A DNA stretch of 64,000 bases from contig NC_087436.1 in the NCBI RefSeq assembly GCF_036321535.1, forward strand, positions 85,808,001-85,872,000, read 5' to 3'. How positions within the stretch are numbered: position 1 is the stretch's first letter; the number at the start of each line of letters is the position of its first letter. The stretch is from Camelus dromedarius. Lineage: Eukaryota. Positions 1 to 13,504 of this stretch are shown here, one piece after another. The translations under genes and the position numbers were made by a program. The notes below the pieces were generated by a model. The model was not told where the DNA came from and did no database searches. It saw nothing but the letters and a program-made list of their open reading frames with translations.

Positions 1-404
1 GATGGTGTCCATGTGATTTTGCTTCCAGATCTCACAAGAGGGAGGCAAACTGATGGATAGGGTCTGCTCTGTAATATGTGGGGGCCAGCAAAAAATGAAA
101 ATGCGGGGCCTTTTGTTCAAAAAGAAGGAAAAAATGCTGCTAAAGTTACAAAAAGAAAAAGCTTTTCCCTTTCTTCTGCAGTCTCTCTCTCTACTTCTGG
201 TGTTTTTTTATTTGCTATTTAATGTCTTTCTCAGAAAGAGAAAGTTAAAAATTTACTAGCAGGCGTTTTATCGTTCATCTTTACAACATGCAATGCCAGT
301 TTCGTGGATGCTCTTTGAGCTCTTTAAGCCCTTCTCTGACCAGAGTACCAGGCACTTACTCATTTGGACTCTGTTTTGTTGCTTTTTTCTTTTGTCGTGT
401 TAGT

Positions 405-562
405 TTTGTCTCTTCAACTAGACTGTAATCTTTGACTCCAAGAATTGTCTCCCATCTCTTTGGTGTCCTTCACAGCCCTTATTACTGCTGTGTCCTTAGT
501 ATCTGCTGAATGAATGAAAGAGTAAGTGAATGAAGGAGTATGTGAATGAATAAATGAATCAG
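405..562 (+). mobile_element. L2 LINE 3' end fragment
   Basis: actagactgtaa...ctgctgaatgaatgaa tail, typical of the L2 3' end. Confidence 0.65.
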
Positions 563-574
563 AAATTACAGGAT

Positions 575-690
575 GGAAGTCAGAAAACCTGAGTCTACAT
601 TGTGGCTTTTCTGTACATAATATTTGACAAGCGGTGAATGTACCTTTTCTGGCCTCAGTTTTTCCATTTATTAAGCTGAGGTATTTTGTG
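575..690 (+). mobile_element. MIR SINE fragment
   Basis: MIR core-like ggcctcagtttttccattt. Confidence 0.55.
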
Positions 691-1439
691 TATTGCTTCA
701 ATTCATCCAGGAAAAATGGAATTATTAGTACAGTTCTTAGAATTTCTTGGGAGAAAAGAGCTATAGTAGTATAGTAACTTCACCATACTCTTTCCTCTCA
801 ATCCTCACGAGGATGTTTGAGGATGTAGAAATAATATTTAAAGTATTTACTTGTATTCCTTTTAAATTGATGCTATGTCCTTAATGCAAAAATCATCATC
901 ATCATCACTGATACTGTAAGTGCAAAAAAGAAAAATTAATCCTGAAGTTTGATGTATCTTGGGAAATAAAACTATGCTCCAAGTTCATGATGCATTACAA
1001 GTTTCACTGATTTTTTTCTGTGCATAATGCAGTTCACCAAGTCTATATTCTGCATTGTACCTTTATTTAAGGACTGACTCAGACACGAAATGACTGTAAA
1101 TTTATTCTTGGCTTGGAAATGGCAAAAAAACCCAAACCAAAACCCACCAACAACACCAAGTTTATGGAAAAATTGGTCTTTCTCTTAGCTTTCAAGGAGA
1201 AATAGATGGCTCACTAAAATGTCCCGATTTAAGTGTGACATTTCGATGTCATGTTTAGGTAAGCCTTCCTTCCTGGCCCCACCCCCACCCCCAGCCCAAA
1301 ACAGAACCTACGTGAACAATGCCAATGCACTCCTGAAATGAATCCTCCAAGAAGGATCTGAGAGTGTATGGGAAATGATGGAGGAAACTCTTATACTTTC
1401 TGAGCCCCGATGTCTTGCCGGAGCTGCTATGTGCATTTT

Positions 1440-1550
1440 TAATTTTTAATCAAAGGACACTGGGGCTCTAAAAGGTTAATTGACTTGCCCTAGGTCAGAC
1501 AGCTAGGGAGTGGAAGAGTTTGAACCGAAATCTTCTGTCTGTTGGATTAA
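1440..1550 (-). mobile_element. MIR SINE fragment
   Basis: ggacactggggctctaaaaggttaattgacttgccctaggtca resembles antisense MIR core. Confidence 0.65.
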
Positions 1551-1869
1551 TAGGCTTTCATGTATCCAGCACTTCTCTTTCATTCATAGAAAGGAGGGAA
1601 AGGAGGGGGGCTACAAGCACCCATAAGGATTTGGAGCAGAACTCTACATTGACTACCAACAATTGTCAATTTTGTTCCTAAACACAAACCAGGCTACCAG
1701 AAACATTAGAAAGTGAAAAACACGAAAAAGTCACAATTGAACCCAGTTGTCATTTCTTTTTATTTTATTCACACAGTTAGAGATGGGGAGGCTGATGTCA
1801 TAAATGCTCATGCTTCATAAGTTCATGGGAAAATGAAAGTCAAAGTATCTACGCACCAAAATGTCTTTC

Positions 1870-2244
1870 TGCTCTTTCCTTGGTTCACAGCTGAACGTCA
1901 TTTCCTGTCTTCTCTGGCCATGTAACTGGAGTCTAGCCAATGGGAGTGGAACAGAAGTGATATGTGCTGCTTCCAATCCAGTTCACAAGCTTCCAAGTGT
2001 CCTTCTCCGTCCTGCTGACTGAGATGGAGAGCCCTGAGCCGCCTCAGATGCTGTATGCTGAAGGTGGCAGAACTTCCATCAGCCTGGGTTCCTGAGTAAC
2101 TGAAGAGTTCCCACCTCCATCCCCTAACCCCCCAGAATGGGAACCATTCTGGACTATCTTGTGAGCAGGAAATAAGCTTCTGTTGTGCTTAGCTCCAGCT
2201 TGTATGGGTCTATTTATTACTGCAGCCTATCCTATCCTAATACA
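1870..2244 (+). mobile_element. MaLR (MLT1-type) solo LTR
   Basis: ggcagaacttccatcagcctgggttcctgagt, aaataagcttctgttg and a ctaataca terminus. Confidence 0.7.
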
Positions 2245-2577
2245 GGTCCAAAAAGTTCCTTCTTCCACATCCAGGCAAAGCCCAGCTGCTGTGGTCTTAT
2301 TCATAAGTACAGGGTTTCCGCACAACTGTAGACCCAAAACAGATAATATGTGGGGAGGGTGTGAGGAGGAAGATGATAGCATTTGGTGATTTTTGTCTTG
2401 GCTATCTAGCAGCGAGTTATTCACTGCATTTCAAGGAGTAACTGCTGGTGTGCCCCATAATTAGTGGGCTGGGGTTTTAGCCCCAATTGTGCCACGAACC
2501 AGCCATTTCTCTTCCCTTCCATCCAAGGAGGTGGTTGAAGAATAAGGTGTCCAAGGCCTCTCCAGTTCTATTAAGCA

Positions 2578-2900
2578 ATGAATCTAACTAATGAACTCAT
2601 CTACAAAACTGAAACAGACTCCCATAGTAAACAATCTTATAGTTACTGGGGGAAAGGGGGTGGGAAGGGATAAACTTGGGAGATCAAGATTTGCAAATAT
2701 TAACTACTGTATATAAAAATATATTAAAAAACAAATTTCTGTCTAGCACAGGGAACTATATTCAATATATTGTAATAACTTTTAATGAAAAAGAATATGA
2801 AAATGAATATATTTGTATATATATGCATGACTGTGACATCATGCTATACACCAGAAACTGACACATTGTAACTGACTATATACTTCAATTTAAAAATTAA
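2578..2900 (+). mobile_element. 5'-truncated camelid-type L1 3' UTR
   Basis: G-tract followed by gcacagggaactatattcaata and ccagaaactgacacattgtaactgactatacttcaat. Confidence 0.85.
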
Positions 2901-3663
2901 TTAATTTAAGAAAAGAGAGAGGAGTCTAAATTCCAGCACAAGAATTAAAGGTAGCCTGAGAAGAGAGTGGGATTTTGTAGGGCTGATATTCAGCTTGAAT
3001 GCCCTGGGTTGACAGTTATCCACTCATTCACCGGAACTCATGCGTTAGACATTTTAAATATTACCCTTGGTTATTTCTGCCAGAAGTCAAATTGAGAACT
3101 TTCTCAAGCTCCGTTCTTTAGTCAGATGATGTGAAAGGGGAATGAATAAGACCAGAGTGTTCCCAAATTTGAATCTGCGGAGTGCCAGTTCTGAGATGTT
3201 AATAGGTGTTGGAAGAAAAGAAATACTGTGTTGAACAGATAGAACCCAGTTGGACGGACATCCACCCCCCATCTCCGTGTGCTGACGCATCTCAAGTCCA
3301 TGCCCAGTGGCATTCAGCTCCTTTACCATTTTCCACAAGGAATCTCTATTACATGCAGCCATTTTGTGATTTTTTTTTTCAGCCTTTGCTGAAGTTTTCT
3401 TGGGAAAAATAAAGGTTTGTCCCCCATATCCATAAAAGGCTGTCTTAAATATTCTCAGTAGAGTTACCTCTTTTCCAAGATCTCCTTTTCCTGACCCACG
3501 TGGAAGTCTTCTCTATCCTTTCTTCATTCAAATCCAGCTTTTTTGTTTTGGCCCCCAACCTGCAAATTGCATTCAGTAAAAGAAAACTACAGTTAACTGG
3601 CCCAGCTCTGTTTTTTCTTAAGCAGGGCACTTACTGACTCATTGCTACCCCAAATCCTTAGTA

Positions 3664-3830
3664 AATTATTTTTTAAAATTATTTTTATTTGACTTTTTTG
3701 GGTGGGGGAAGTAATTTGGCCTATTTATTTACTTACTTATGATTTATTTTTAACAGAGGTACTGGGAATTGAACCCAGGACCTCGTGCATTCTAAGCATG
3801 TACTCTACCACTGAGCTATAACCTACCCCC
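3664..3830 (-). mobile_element. tRNA-derived SINE (Vic-1-like), long-tail form
   Basis: Reverse complement has A box tagctcagtgg and B box ggttcaattc; short TSD ttagta on both sides. Confidence 0.9.
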
Positions 3831-3879
3831 TTAGTAGGATATTATAGTCCTTCCACGTCCCTGTAGTGTTTTCCCAGAG

Positions 3880-4030
3880 AGCAGTTACATTAAAATGCAT
3901 ATTTTCATTATTTGACCCAAAGTTTCTTTACTGCAGGACTTCTCAGAGCCTTTAATATGGTGACTTGTAATATAACTGTGGGGAATATAATACACAGTGT
4001 TTCCTAAATTTATTTGACCACAGGGAATAC
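3880..4030. mobile_element. hAT-Charlie-type MITE fragment
   Basis: ggacttctcagagcctttaatatg...gtttcctaaatttatttgaccacagg resembles MER/Charlie non-autonomous elements. Confidence 0.45.
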
Positions 4031-4758
4031 ATTTTGAGAAATCTTGGGTATCAGTTAAGCTCTCTTTGCTTTGGGTCAGGACAGGAAAAGAGGTGCTTCT
4101 ATCCCAATGCCTGCCTTCTCAGTTTTGCCCTGGAACTCTCCCATTTGGGTTTCCACCATGGCCCCCTTGGGAAGCCTTCTCTACTTCTGGTTCTCTGGAT
4201 TGTTCTGTGGAGTTAGAGTCCCCCAGCCGACTGGTAGAATCCAGGGCACCTTTGCTCCATCTAATCTCAGCTCATTCTTTCCTTTATTCACCATTTGTTG
4301 GTAGAACTATTTTTTTGAATCCCAAATTGGGCATAAGCTCTGACAAGTATGCATTTCCGTATGAATGTACTTACCTATGAGAATGGGGGAGACTCTGAAA
4401 TCAGAGCTGTGCCGGGAACCATGGGCTGTGTGCTTGTCATGGTTCTAGTTCCTCACCAAAGTCACACAGCCTTTTCCCAACTCCTCGATGCCCAGAAATT
4501 ACCTTCTCTCCTCACTGTCAGCCATGACATTTTCTCCACTGTCGTTGGATTAGGTCAAACTTTAGTACCTCAATTTTCTTCCTTCAATGTCTTCCACTCA
4601 CTCTCTTCTTTCCCATTTCAGGGGAAGACGCATCCTTGCCCCTTTCCAGGGCTGGCCTCATCTGGGCTCCTGAAGGTCTCCCCTCCAGGCCCTGGGGCTG
4701 TTCCTCCAGCTCCCCTTTCCCTCCTACCAACGGCCTCTCCTCTTCTACTTATAGTCCT

Positions 4759-5070
4759 TGTCTGAATCACCTCGGGCTGTTATCACAAAATACCAGAGCC
4801 TCAGTAGGTGAAACAGCAGATGTTTATTTGTCACAGATCTGGAAGCTGAGAAGTCCAAGGCCAAGGTGCCAGCAGATTCCTGCCTTGCAGGCAGCCGTCT
4901 TCTTGCTGTGTCCTCTGGTCATGAACAGAGAGCGAGGTCTTGTCCCATCATGGGGGCTCCACCCTCGTGCCTTAATCACCTCCCAGAGGCCACATCTCCA
5001 AATATCCTCACATTGAGGGTTAGGGCTTCGACAAATAAATTTGGAGGGGGACACAATCCAGTCCAGAGCA
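4759..5070 (-). mobile_element. MaLR LTR (MLT1A/MST-like)
   Basis: gaagtccaaggccaaggtgccagcagatt, ttaatcacctcccagaggcc and tttggagggggacaca. Confidence 0.85.
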
Positions 5071-5257
5071 GCAGTGGTAAATCAACTTTCTCAGAAACAA
5101 ACTTCAAACACCAAACCTTCCGTAGAGTCATCTACACCTGCTGCCTCCTCTTTTTCATCTCTAGTCACTTCTCAGTCCCTCGTTATCTGTCCCTGTTCCC
5201 CCGTCTCTCGCCCTTAGAGTCATCAGGGCCTTCTGAACGCCAGATCTGGTTACTCCT

Positions 5258-5360
5258 AGTAATAATGACAACTATTAATACCATTTATTGGGCAGGTCAG
5301 TGTGTTAAGCGCTTATACGTGCCATCTCATTTCCTCTTCACAACCCTCTGAAGACAGGCT
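5258..5360 (-). mobile_element. MIR fragment
   Basis: taataatgacaact...ccatttattg...ctcttcacaaccctctg. Confidence 0.6.
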
Positions 5361-5449
5361 GGAGTTAATAATGGAAGGTCACAGCTCAGAAGTGGCACAA
5401 AGATCCCTGCGAGAAGAGAAGTGTTAGCTGCTTTTATGGTTATAGTGGA

Positions 5450-5672
5450 TTGGCTTAAATTTCAGTTCTTCCACTTATTATTAGCTCCCTGACATTAGGT
5501 AAGTCATGTTCCCACTCTGTGCCTCAGTTTCCCCATTTGTAAAATGAGGATGATCAGAATAATCAATCTCATAAGGATGCTGGAGATCCTTATATGAGTG
5601 GCAAAAGCAGTTGTCGCATGTGAAACACCCACACAGGGCTTGGCACAGAGTAGATGCTCAAAAAAAAAAAAA
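5450..5672 (+). mobile_element. MIR SINE
   Basis: ctctgtgcctcagtttccccatttgtaaaatgagg core and ggcacagagtagatgctcaa tail. Confidence 0.85.
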
Positions 5673-6387
5673 AGATTGATTCCCCAACCCTACTTCATTT
5701 GTAATTTCCATTCTGAATACATGGTAATACAGCATCTCCAGCCCACCATTTAAAGGATGCAAATTTGAACTACAGTGAGAGGGGAGTCTTAAGACATGAA
5801 TTGCCTGTAATCAAGTCATAGCTAAAGAGGTTTGTATTTTTCAGTCTGGCCTCCCAAAAGCATTGCTCATTTTCCTGCAATCCTGAAACAGGGGGGTGTA
5901 GCTCTTTCTATAATAGAGGATTTTGATTTATTCTCATCTTTTTCTGACCTTACTTCCCTCAGAAGTAGAAACTTGAAGCAATTTCCTTTAAGCTTTATGT
6001 ATTCCTGAAGGAGTGAAAGTTCTCCCCCTGAGTGGCTCCTGGCGTACCAGTATTGACCACAGGCATTCCTATCCTGGTACGTCATGTGTCCCCGGACCCT
6101 GACCATACAATTTTCCTGAAGAAGCTAAGCTCTTCCATTACTCCCCATATTCTTAGTCTTCCTCACTTTGAGGGTTTTTTTGAGCTTGCTGACCTGTTTT
6201 CTTTTCATGGATTATCTGAGGGTCCCTACATCCTTTCCCTAGGCCAGGTCCTCATGTTCTTTCCCTGGTGAAACATCTTTGATTACTCTGGCCTTGGGCA
6301 CAAATCCCACTGGAGTTCCAAATCTGGCCCACCAAAGCATTTTGTTTGGAACACACAATATTCTAAATTTGTTTTAGTTGCTAATAT

Positions 6388-6480
6388 GTGGGGGTTTTTT
6401 TAATGGAGCTACTGGGGATTGAACCCAAGACCTCGTGCATGCTAAGCATGCATTCTACCAGTGATCTATTATCCTCTTCC
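6388..6480 (-). mobile_element. tRNA-derived SINE, short form, inserted in a MER58-like MITE
   Basis: ggggattgaacccaagacctcgtgcatgctaagc; 9-bp TSD tgctaatat at 6379-6387 and 6481-6489. Confidence 0.9.
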
Positions 6481-7117
6481 TGCTAATATTTGAAATGGGC
6501 AAATTTCACATAAAACAACAGACCTTCCCATGCTGAGTCCCTGTGCATTAAAATCAACAATTGGCTGGACCCATGTGCCTGCTCCCTACACAGCCCCCTT
6601 GCTCCCTGCTCCGTTCCCCACACTGAGGAACAAGGTCTCACACAATTATGCCACTGTCCTTGGTAGGCTTTTGAATCCACAACCTCTGCTCTGGTCCTTA
6701 CTAGGCTAGGGATTTTTAGAACAAGCTGCTCTTTGAGGGCAAGAGGATTTGCAACCCCGACACAGGAGGAGCCCATGTTTGGGTCCTCGCACTCCTCTCT
6801 GCTCTAACACCACCTCCCAGGTCCTCCCTCGGCTCTCTGCAGGCCCTGTTGCCTTCTGCAAGTCCCAGTCCATCCACCCTCCAGAGCCATTCAGTTTTCT
6901 GTGGCCCTGACCACCTCTGAAGTCCAGAAATGTTGCCCTACCTTGACACGGGACCCCTCTAGTACTCCCTGTTAGCCAGTCAAACCAAGGGGCTGTGAAG
7001 ACACATTGCCTCTAGAAACACTCATAAAGGGCTCATTGTCTTAAGTGTCCAGAATAGGGGTTCAATGCATCTTATAAGGGTTCAACTCTTTGAGTGCAGT
7101 AGCAACTGGCACCAAAG

Positions 7118-7312
7118 AAAACCACAGTTTATAGATAAACAAGGACCTATTGTGTAGCATGGGGAACTATATTCAATACCTTGTGATAAACCATAATGGA
7201 AAAGAATATAAAAAAGAATATGTATATATTTTCATGTATAGCTGAATCACTATGCTGTACACCAGAAACTAACACAACATTGTAAATCAACTACACTTCA
7301 GAAAAAAAAAAA
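7118..7312 (+). mobile_element. Cetartiodactyl-type L1 3' end
   Basis: gctgaatcactatgctgtacaccagaaactaacacaacattgtaaatcaactacacttc plus poly-A. Confidence 0.85.
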
Positions 7313-8779
7313 TCCAAGGTTTTGAGGCTCCAGCTGAAAAGCTGGTACCCACTCAAGGCACAGGAAAGTCTTTTCAGAGTAAGCACTACACATACTCTTT
7401 CCTAACTTGTTTGCTGTGTTGTGAGGTTGAGAAATGTGGAGGGAGGGGATAGAAGGGAATGGAGAATTCTAAAATGTTAGAAAGAACTTCAAACATCATA
7501 TAATTCAACTCTCTCAAATTACCTAGAAAAAAGTTCACCTGAGTCTTCTAGGGGTGTTTTTCCTCTAAAAGGACTGAAGGGTTGTGCCCAGATCAGTTCA
7601 GGAGAGTGAGGGCTTATAGAAAATTTTCAGCACCCTGGTCAGCCTCTGTAAATGTGCACACACTCTGGATCCCCTGGGTATAGGTGTGTATAGTGCTCTG
7701 TTCCCCAGGTGGGTGGGAGGATGTGGAGGTGGGGCGTGGGCAGAGATTTAAGGTTGTAAAGCAGTTTAAGGGGAAAGGCTTTATTTCTTACAATGTAGCT
7801 ATAAAGGAAGTGTCTGAATGAATGCACTTGTGTACTAAGGAATCCATTATGAGTAGCCTTGTTTGGCTTTGGAGAAATCTCTCATCAAGAAGGCTTATTC
7901 ACCTGATAGGCTGCCACCATGTAGAGAAAATAAAAACTGGGAGAGATCTTGATTTTCCCTTCGTAGGGAATGTGTGTTTCAGGTTCATAAGTTTTATGCA
8001 AATAGGATTCATGAGCGGGCCGTAAATGATATTTTTCCTGTCGTGCTGCATGTTGGCAATCCTAGAATTTTGATCTCATTACACTGTGGCTACTTGAAGC
8101 CATCTATTTGAAAACTTCTATTGTATGGGCTCCAAGATTGCTTGCAGGCAAAACGGCTGCTGGAACAGCAATTTGCATGTCCTCGTTCCACATTCTGACC
8201 CAGGCTTTGAACAGGGGATCCTGGAGAGGCTGCTGACTCAGGGGGCGAACAAGAATGCTGCTTCTTAGGCAGTGCTGTCACCCACTAAATCCCCCTTTCT
8301 TTTTGGACTCAAGTTGGACAGTTTGTTGGTCCTTGGTAGCACTTTTCTCAAAAGACCTAGAGTAGATCTTGGGATGTCATCTTCTTTTGTAGACTGTCCC
8401 TTTGTACCCCTGGAAGACTCACCTCCCATCTCTCTTCTGCCAACCTTCCCTTTCCTGGCAATTCTTCTCTGACTTCACCTCCCCATACCCTTCAGGCAGA
8501 GCTGGGGGCTCCCCTTTATGTTTTCCCAAACATTCATGGTGAATGGTGCTTAATGGCTGTCCCTGGGCTGGGAACTGGGGCCCTCCGTCAGCATGACTTA
8601 CCCCCCACCCCGACCTTCTGTGGCTCATGGTCTCCTAGAGGAGACAGGCTTGTAGATTGCAGGACAAGAGCCATCCTAGAGGAACACTGATGAAACCCAA
8701 AGGGTCCACAATAGGGAGTGAGTTAGGAGAGGGGGAGGGAGGCAGGATCAGGGAGGTTCATCCTAGGCCATGTAGGCCA

Positions 8780-9850
8780 TTGTTCTTTCACTCCCTGTTT
8801 ACTGAGCACCTGCTATCCGCCAGGCACTATTCTAGGCCTGCTCTCATTGGAGCTTACATTCTAATGGGGAAAGACAATCCCAAATAAAGAAATAAATATA
8901 GAATAGCATGTGCAAAGGCCCCGAGGCATAAAACAGTGTGGTATGTTTGGAAAGAATTGTGGCTGGAGTGTCCCACTCAGGGGAGGTGGGAGAATGGCAG
9001 GAAAGTAGTTTCTTACTTCTCACTGCACGTACAGCTGTTGCAGCTGACACCTCCTAACCTAAGGCTTCAGCAAATCCGGAAAATCATAGCAGCTTTCTAA
9101 TTTTGGAAAATCCCCCTGCTCATTTTATTTAAGCCCATCTCTGTGGTTCTCAGTCCTGGATTCAGAAAGCAGGGGATAATCTTGCTTGAACTCTCCTGCA
9201 GCACCGTTCCTGACAGTTAATTCAAGACTCAGCCCCGTAGGCAGAAGACAGGTATGACAGGGAGTCTGTCTGAGTCTGGCTGCCCTGTTTTACCTTTTGT
9301 CCCTTCTATCCTGTCTCATTGAGCATCTGAGTGTTTGGGATTTAACACATCAGCTTTTAATGCTTCCGGGTTTCCCATGTTCTCAGTGTGCATGCTGGTC
9401 CTGACCTCTGCATCATCTGGGTGAACAGGAACAATGGGAAGATTGAAAACAGCAGAAATAACCAGATCAGATTTGAAGACTATAGTGCCAGTGGTAAAGC
9501 AGAGGAAGGCCTAGTAGCTGGGAGCATGGTTGTTAGGAAAGAGCAGGGAGACCCCCTGGAAGGATACTGAGAAATACTCACATGAAAGCAGTGGCAGAAC
9601 TGGCAAGAAAGTGATAGATCTGAGAGCTGGTTGGAAGGTAAATCAGCAGGATCTTGTGATTATCCGGAAGCTAGGGCTAAGAAAAGAGAGGAGAGGAGAG
9701 GAGAATTTCTAAGTTTGGACTTGGAAGACTGAGTAGGATGATGATGCCATTACTTCGATCAGGAAATTAAGGGAAGGGGCAGTTTTTGAAGGCAGAAGGG
9801 CTTGAAGGAGGTCACTTTGGGCCACACTAAGTTTGAAGCTCTTGTTGGGC
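8780..9850 (-). mobile_element. L2 fragments (about 8780-8975 and 9455-9850)
   Basis: tttactgagcacctgctat...ggagcttacattctaatgggg and actaagtttgaag antisense L2 motifs. Confidence 0.65.
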
Positions 9851-10444
9851 ACCCCCACCCCCCCACCCCCCGTTAAGAATCTGGGGAGGGGGAGTCATAG
9901 GAGCGAAAGCTTCTGAGCTCTTCCTCGTGTCAAGTGTGAAGCTGGGTGCCTTAAATATGTGTTCTTTTTTAAAAACCTGAGAAACAGATATTCTTCAGCC
10001 TATTTTACACCCAGGGAGACTGGGATTCATGGATGTTGACTGATTTACCCAAGTTCTCCAGCTGCAAAGGATGGGAGAATCCAACCCAGCTTCACGTGAT
10101 CCCTCAACTCGGGAGTTGATCAATCAGCAAGTCTACCCTCGAGATGAACATCAGAGAGTCACCAGCACATCCATGAAAGCCACACCTTAGTGAGAGGTGC
10201 TTTTTGCCCATCAGATGACAAGCTCCTTGAAGTCAAGCATCAGCTCTCATTCTCCTTTGCCTACCTGAGCAATAGTTGATGACGGATGATCCAGGCTTCT
10301 CTTCCCCGCCTGGTCCTTGCTTTGTTCCCACTGCCATCATCCCACTGACATATCCTCTTAGCCAATTTTGCTTTGTTTCAATTGAGTTAAGTAACCCCTG
10401 CTAGTGTTTATCGAGCTCTTGCTGTGTGAATGGCTTTCCAGGCT

Positions 10445-10885
10445 TTGCTGCTCCTGGGGCCTCTGTAATGCATTACCATTGACTTGGCTTGAAGTGATAG
10501 AAATGTATTGTCTCATAGTTCTGGAGGCCAATAATCAAGGTGTCAGCAGGGCTGTTTTTTTCTGAAGCCTCAGAGGGAGGTTCTGTTCCACGCTTCTCTC
10601 TTTGCTTCTGATGGTTGCTGGCAATTCTCAGCATTCCTTGGCTTGTAGATCATCACCTCAGTCTCTAACTCTGTCTTCACAGGGCTTTCTCTTTGTGTCT
10701 CTGTGTTTCTAATCTCCCTCTCCTTTCTCTTATAAGGACACTAGTCGGTGTATTTAGGACCCACCCTAGATCCAGGATGATCTCATCTCTAGATCCTTAA
10801 CTTAATTGCATCTTCAAAGACCCTTACTGCAAATAAGGCCAAATTCTGAGGTTTAAATGGACATGTCTTTTGGGAGACATGGTGC
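10445..10885 (-). mobile_element. MaLR LTR (MLT1C/D-like)
   Basis: tctcatagttctggaggcc...aaggtgtcagcagggctg and ggcaattctcagcattccttggcttgtag. Confidence 0.85.
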
Positions 10886-10919
10886 CTAGAAACTTTGTGA
10901 GTTAAGAAAAGGCCTCGTT

Positions 10920-11066
10920 TTCTGTATTTTGCAAGTGAGAAACCAAGGCACAGAAAAAACAAAAACAAAAACAAAAGAGTAAGATGCCCAAGGTTCCTAG
11001 AGAGGATAGTAGAGCCAGGATTCAAACCCGTGCGGTCAGTCTCCAGGGACCTTGCTCTAACCATTT
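10920..11066 (-). mobile_element. MIR fragment
   Basis: gtgagaaaccaaggcacaga...agagccaggattcaaaccc. Confidence 0.75.
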
Positions 11067-12099
11067 CACTTTTCCTTTTCCACACATGAATCTGAATTTT
11101 CCGCTGGATTTGGCAAGGGCTTCCCTATCTCCTTCTTCCTGGAGAAAATACATTTCAAGAGTGACCTTCAAGAAATGATATCTTCCTTTGGTTGTTAGAA
11201 AGAGCTCAGAAGAGCATGTCCTTTCCAAATGGAAGGAGGGGGAGGGTAGCAGGCCCTGGTAGGAAGGACGAATGGGAGGGCCGGGGAGCTTGGGGCTGTC
11301 CTTGAGTCACACCAGGTAGACACCACCAGTTAGGCATGTAAATCATGGCAGCCTTGTCTGGAACACTCTGCAGCCACAGATGGCTTGTGTTCAGTCTGCA
11401 GGCTGCAGGGCCCATTTGCCAAGAGGTGAGCATGATTCCTCATAAGTAAAAAAAAAAAAAAAAAAAGAAAACAAAAAAAGGAGCTTGTTCTCTTATACCC
11501 CAGGAAATCATTGGATCTCATAAATGACTCCTCTTTCAGCCCCTAAAAACTTTCCCTCATGATGAGACTCTGCATACACCATACAAAGAGCTCCAGCATG
11601 GACCCTCACACAGCCAGGCAGGCAGCTCACACAAGATCCTGGCTGCTTCCACATGCCCTGTCGCACCAGGAGGCGGAGCAGCCCACGTGCCTTTCACTCT
11701 GTGCACTGGCACCACGACACTGGACCACACGAGAGGGCCCTTCCGGCTGCCCTCTCATCACGCATTTCCCATCCTCAGCAGCTGGGAGCGGAAAGCAGTT
11801 CCTCTCACCATCTCAGACTCATCATTATATATTACATTCCTACATACCCGGGGTCTGAGCTCAGCAATAATTTTTCAAAGCTATTTGGGGTTAAGTAGGT
11901 AATACTAGGAGTCTGGTGCTGAGAGAACATTTGGAATTTTCTATCCCGCATAACCTGCCTTGTTCATATCATTCAGCTCCTGGCTGGTTAGATGTTCTTC
12001 CCCAGTTCTGGAATCAGGTTTAAGATCATTCTGAGGATGACAAGTGTAATCTTTCAAGTATATGGCTTTGCAGTTCTGCATTAAATGCCAATCTGGGAA

Positions 12100-13500
12100 A
12101 ACTTTAAAAAATCAGCATATGAAAATAATGTTTTTAGAATGTTAACTTTTGTGTAAGATAGGGAGATATCACTATGTGTACATACCTGCTTATATTTTCA
12201 AAAAAGAAATAATGGTAGAATAAACAAAAAGACTAATGAAAATGACACCTCTAAAGGGAGAGAATACAATCCAGATGATTAAGATGGAAACTACACTTCT
12301 CTGAATGTGCTTCATTGTGTGCTTTTGGCTTTGAAACAATGTAAATGTTGTATATTAGAAAATGTATTTTAAAAATAATTCCTCAGAAATTGAAAACAAT
12401 CTGAAGCAAATGAACTTAATTCTGTGTCAATGTGGTGGCTAATGACACACAGTGGAGAATTCCTTCGAGTAGGGTGACCGGCACACCTGGTCTGGGGAAA
12501 CCCCTCAGTACTAGGCAAAACAAGACAACTGATGCCCCTAACATCTGATCATAAAATCCAGTATTCTGACAGTACATCCCTAGTTAAATCTATTCTAAGG
12601 ACACACAGGAACCACAGAGAAATATTTACCTGCATTCTGTAGACTCAGTGCTTTACAAAATATTGTTATTCTGAAACCATTATAGCATACTTGTGGTATA
12701 TTATAAATATAGTATTGTGTAGTATAACATAAATAAACAATTGTGTTAAGATTGTTAGGAACAAAGGTTTTCAGTATGTAGGAAAAATGATAAAATCAAA
12801 GAAGTTATATAAACCTTGTAAATATCAGCATGAACTCATGATTTAGAGCCCATGTCTTAGCTCTACCCATTGAGAAGGTAAGAATTAATGACAACTTAGC
12901 AGCAACAAACACCTGTAGCTCTTTGAGTGCCACCTCTAAATACCAGTTCCCTACTCAGAGGTGTCAGTGCTCCTTAGAGAAATGGCTGATTTCAGATCTG
13001 GGCAAGAAATGCCCAAGTTGAACTTGTAATATCTTACTGTGCCTAAAGCAAGGAAGCAATCAAAAACTAATAAAATCATGACAAAAAGACACTTGATCAA
13101 TCTTGAAGGAGCTTTCACTGGTCTGAAATGGGAAATTTGAACATCAAAAGGAAAAATGACTGCAGTGGATTGAAAATATTAAATGCATAAAAATAATGAG
13201 CTCATCTGAAGCCAACAAACAATCAAAACCAAATTTCTTTGGTCATTCCCCAAGGCAACAAACAAATCAGAACTTTGAAAATAAAGAGACAAAGTCAAAC
13301 ATTTTTCTGCTTTTCCTGTATAAATTTCATTTTAGAGCAACAAAATACCTTATGAGTAAAAGTTCTTCCTTATGTAAAAATTACAGCTAATAAATTCAAA
13401 AGGAATAACTGAATTAGAAAATCATCAGTTCAGGAAAAAATGAGTCTAGTTAAAAAGAATCTTCCATGGATGACAAAACCATTAAGTAAAAAGTTAATGG
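12100..13500 (+). mobile_element. Old L1M (L1MC-like) 3' UTR
   Basis: gctccttagagaaatggctgatttcagatctggg and related L1MC 3' UTR motifs. Confidence 0.7.
12470..12540. mobile_element. hAT-Blackjack MITE (MER81/MER94-like)
   Basis: Terminal tagggtgacc and a degenerate inverse ctgatgccccta. Confidence 0.6.
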
Positions 13501-13504
13501 TCAA

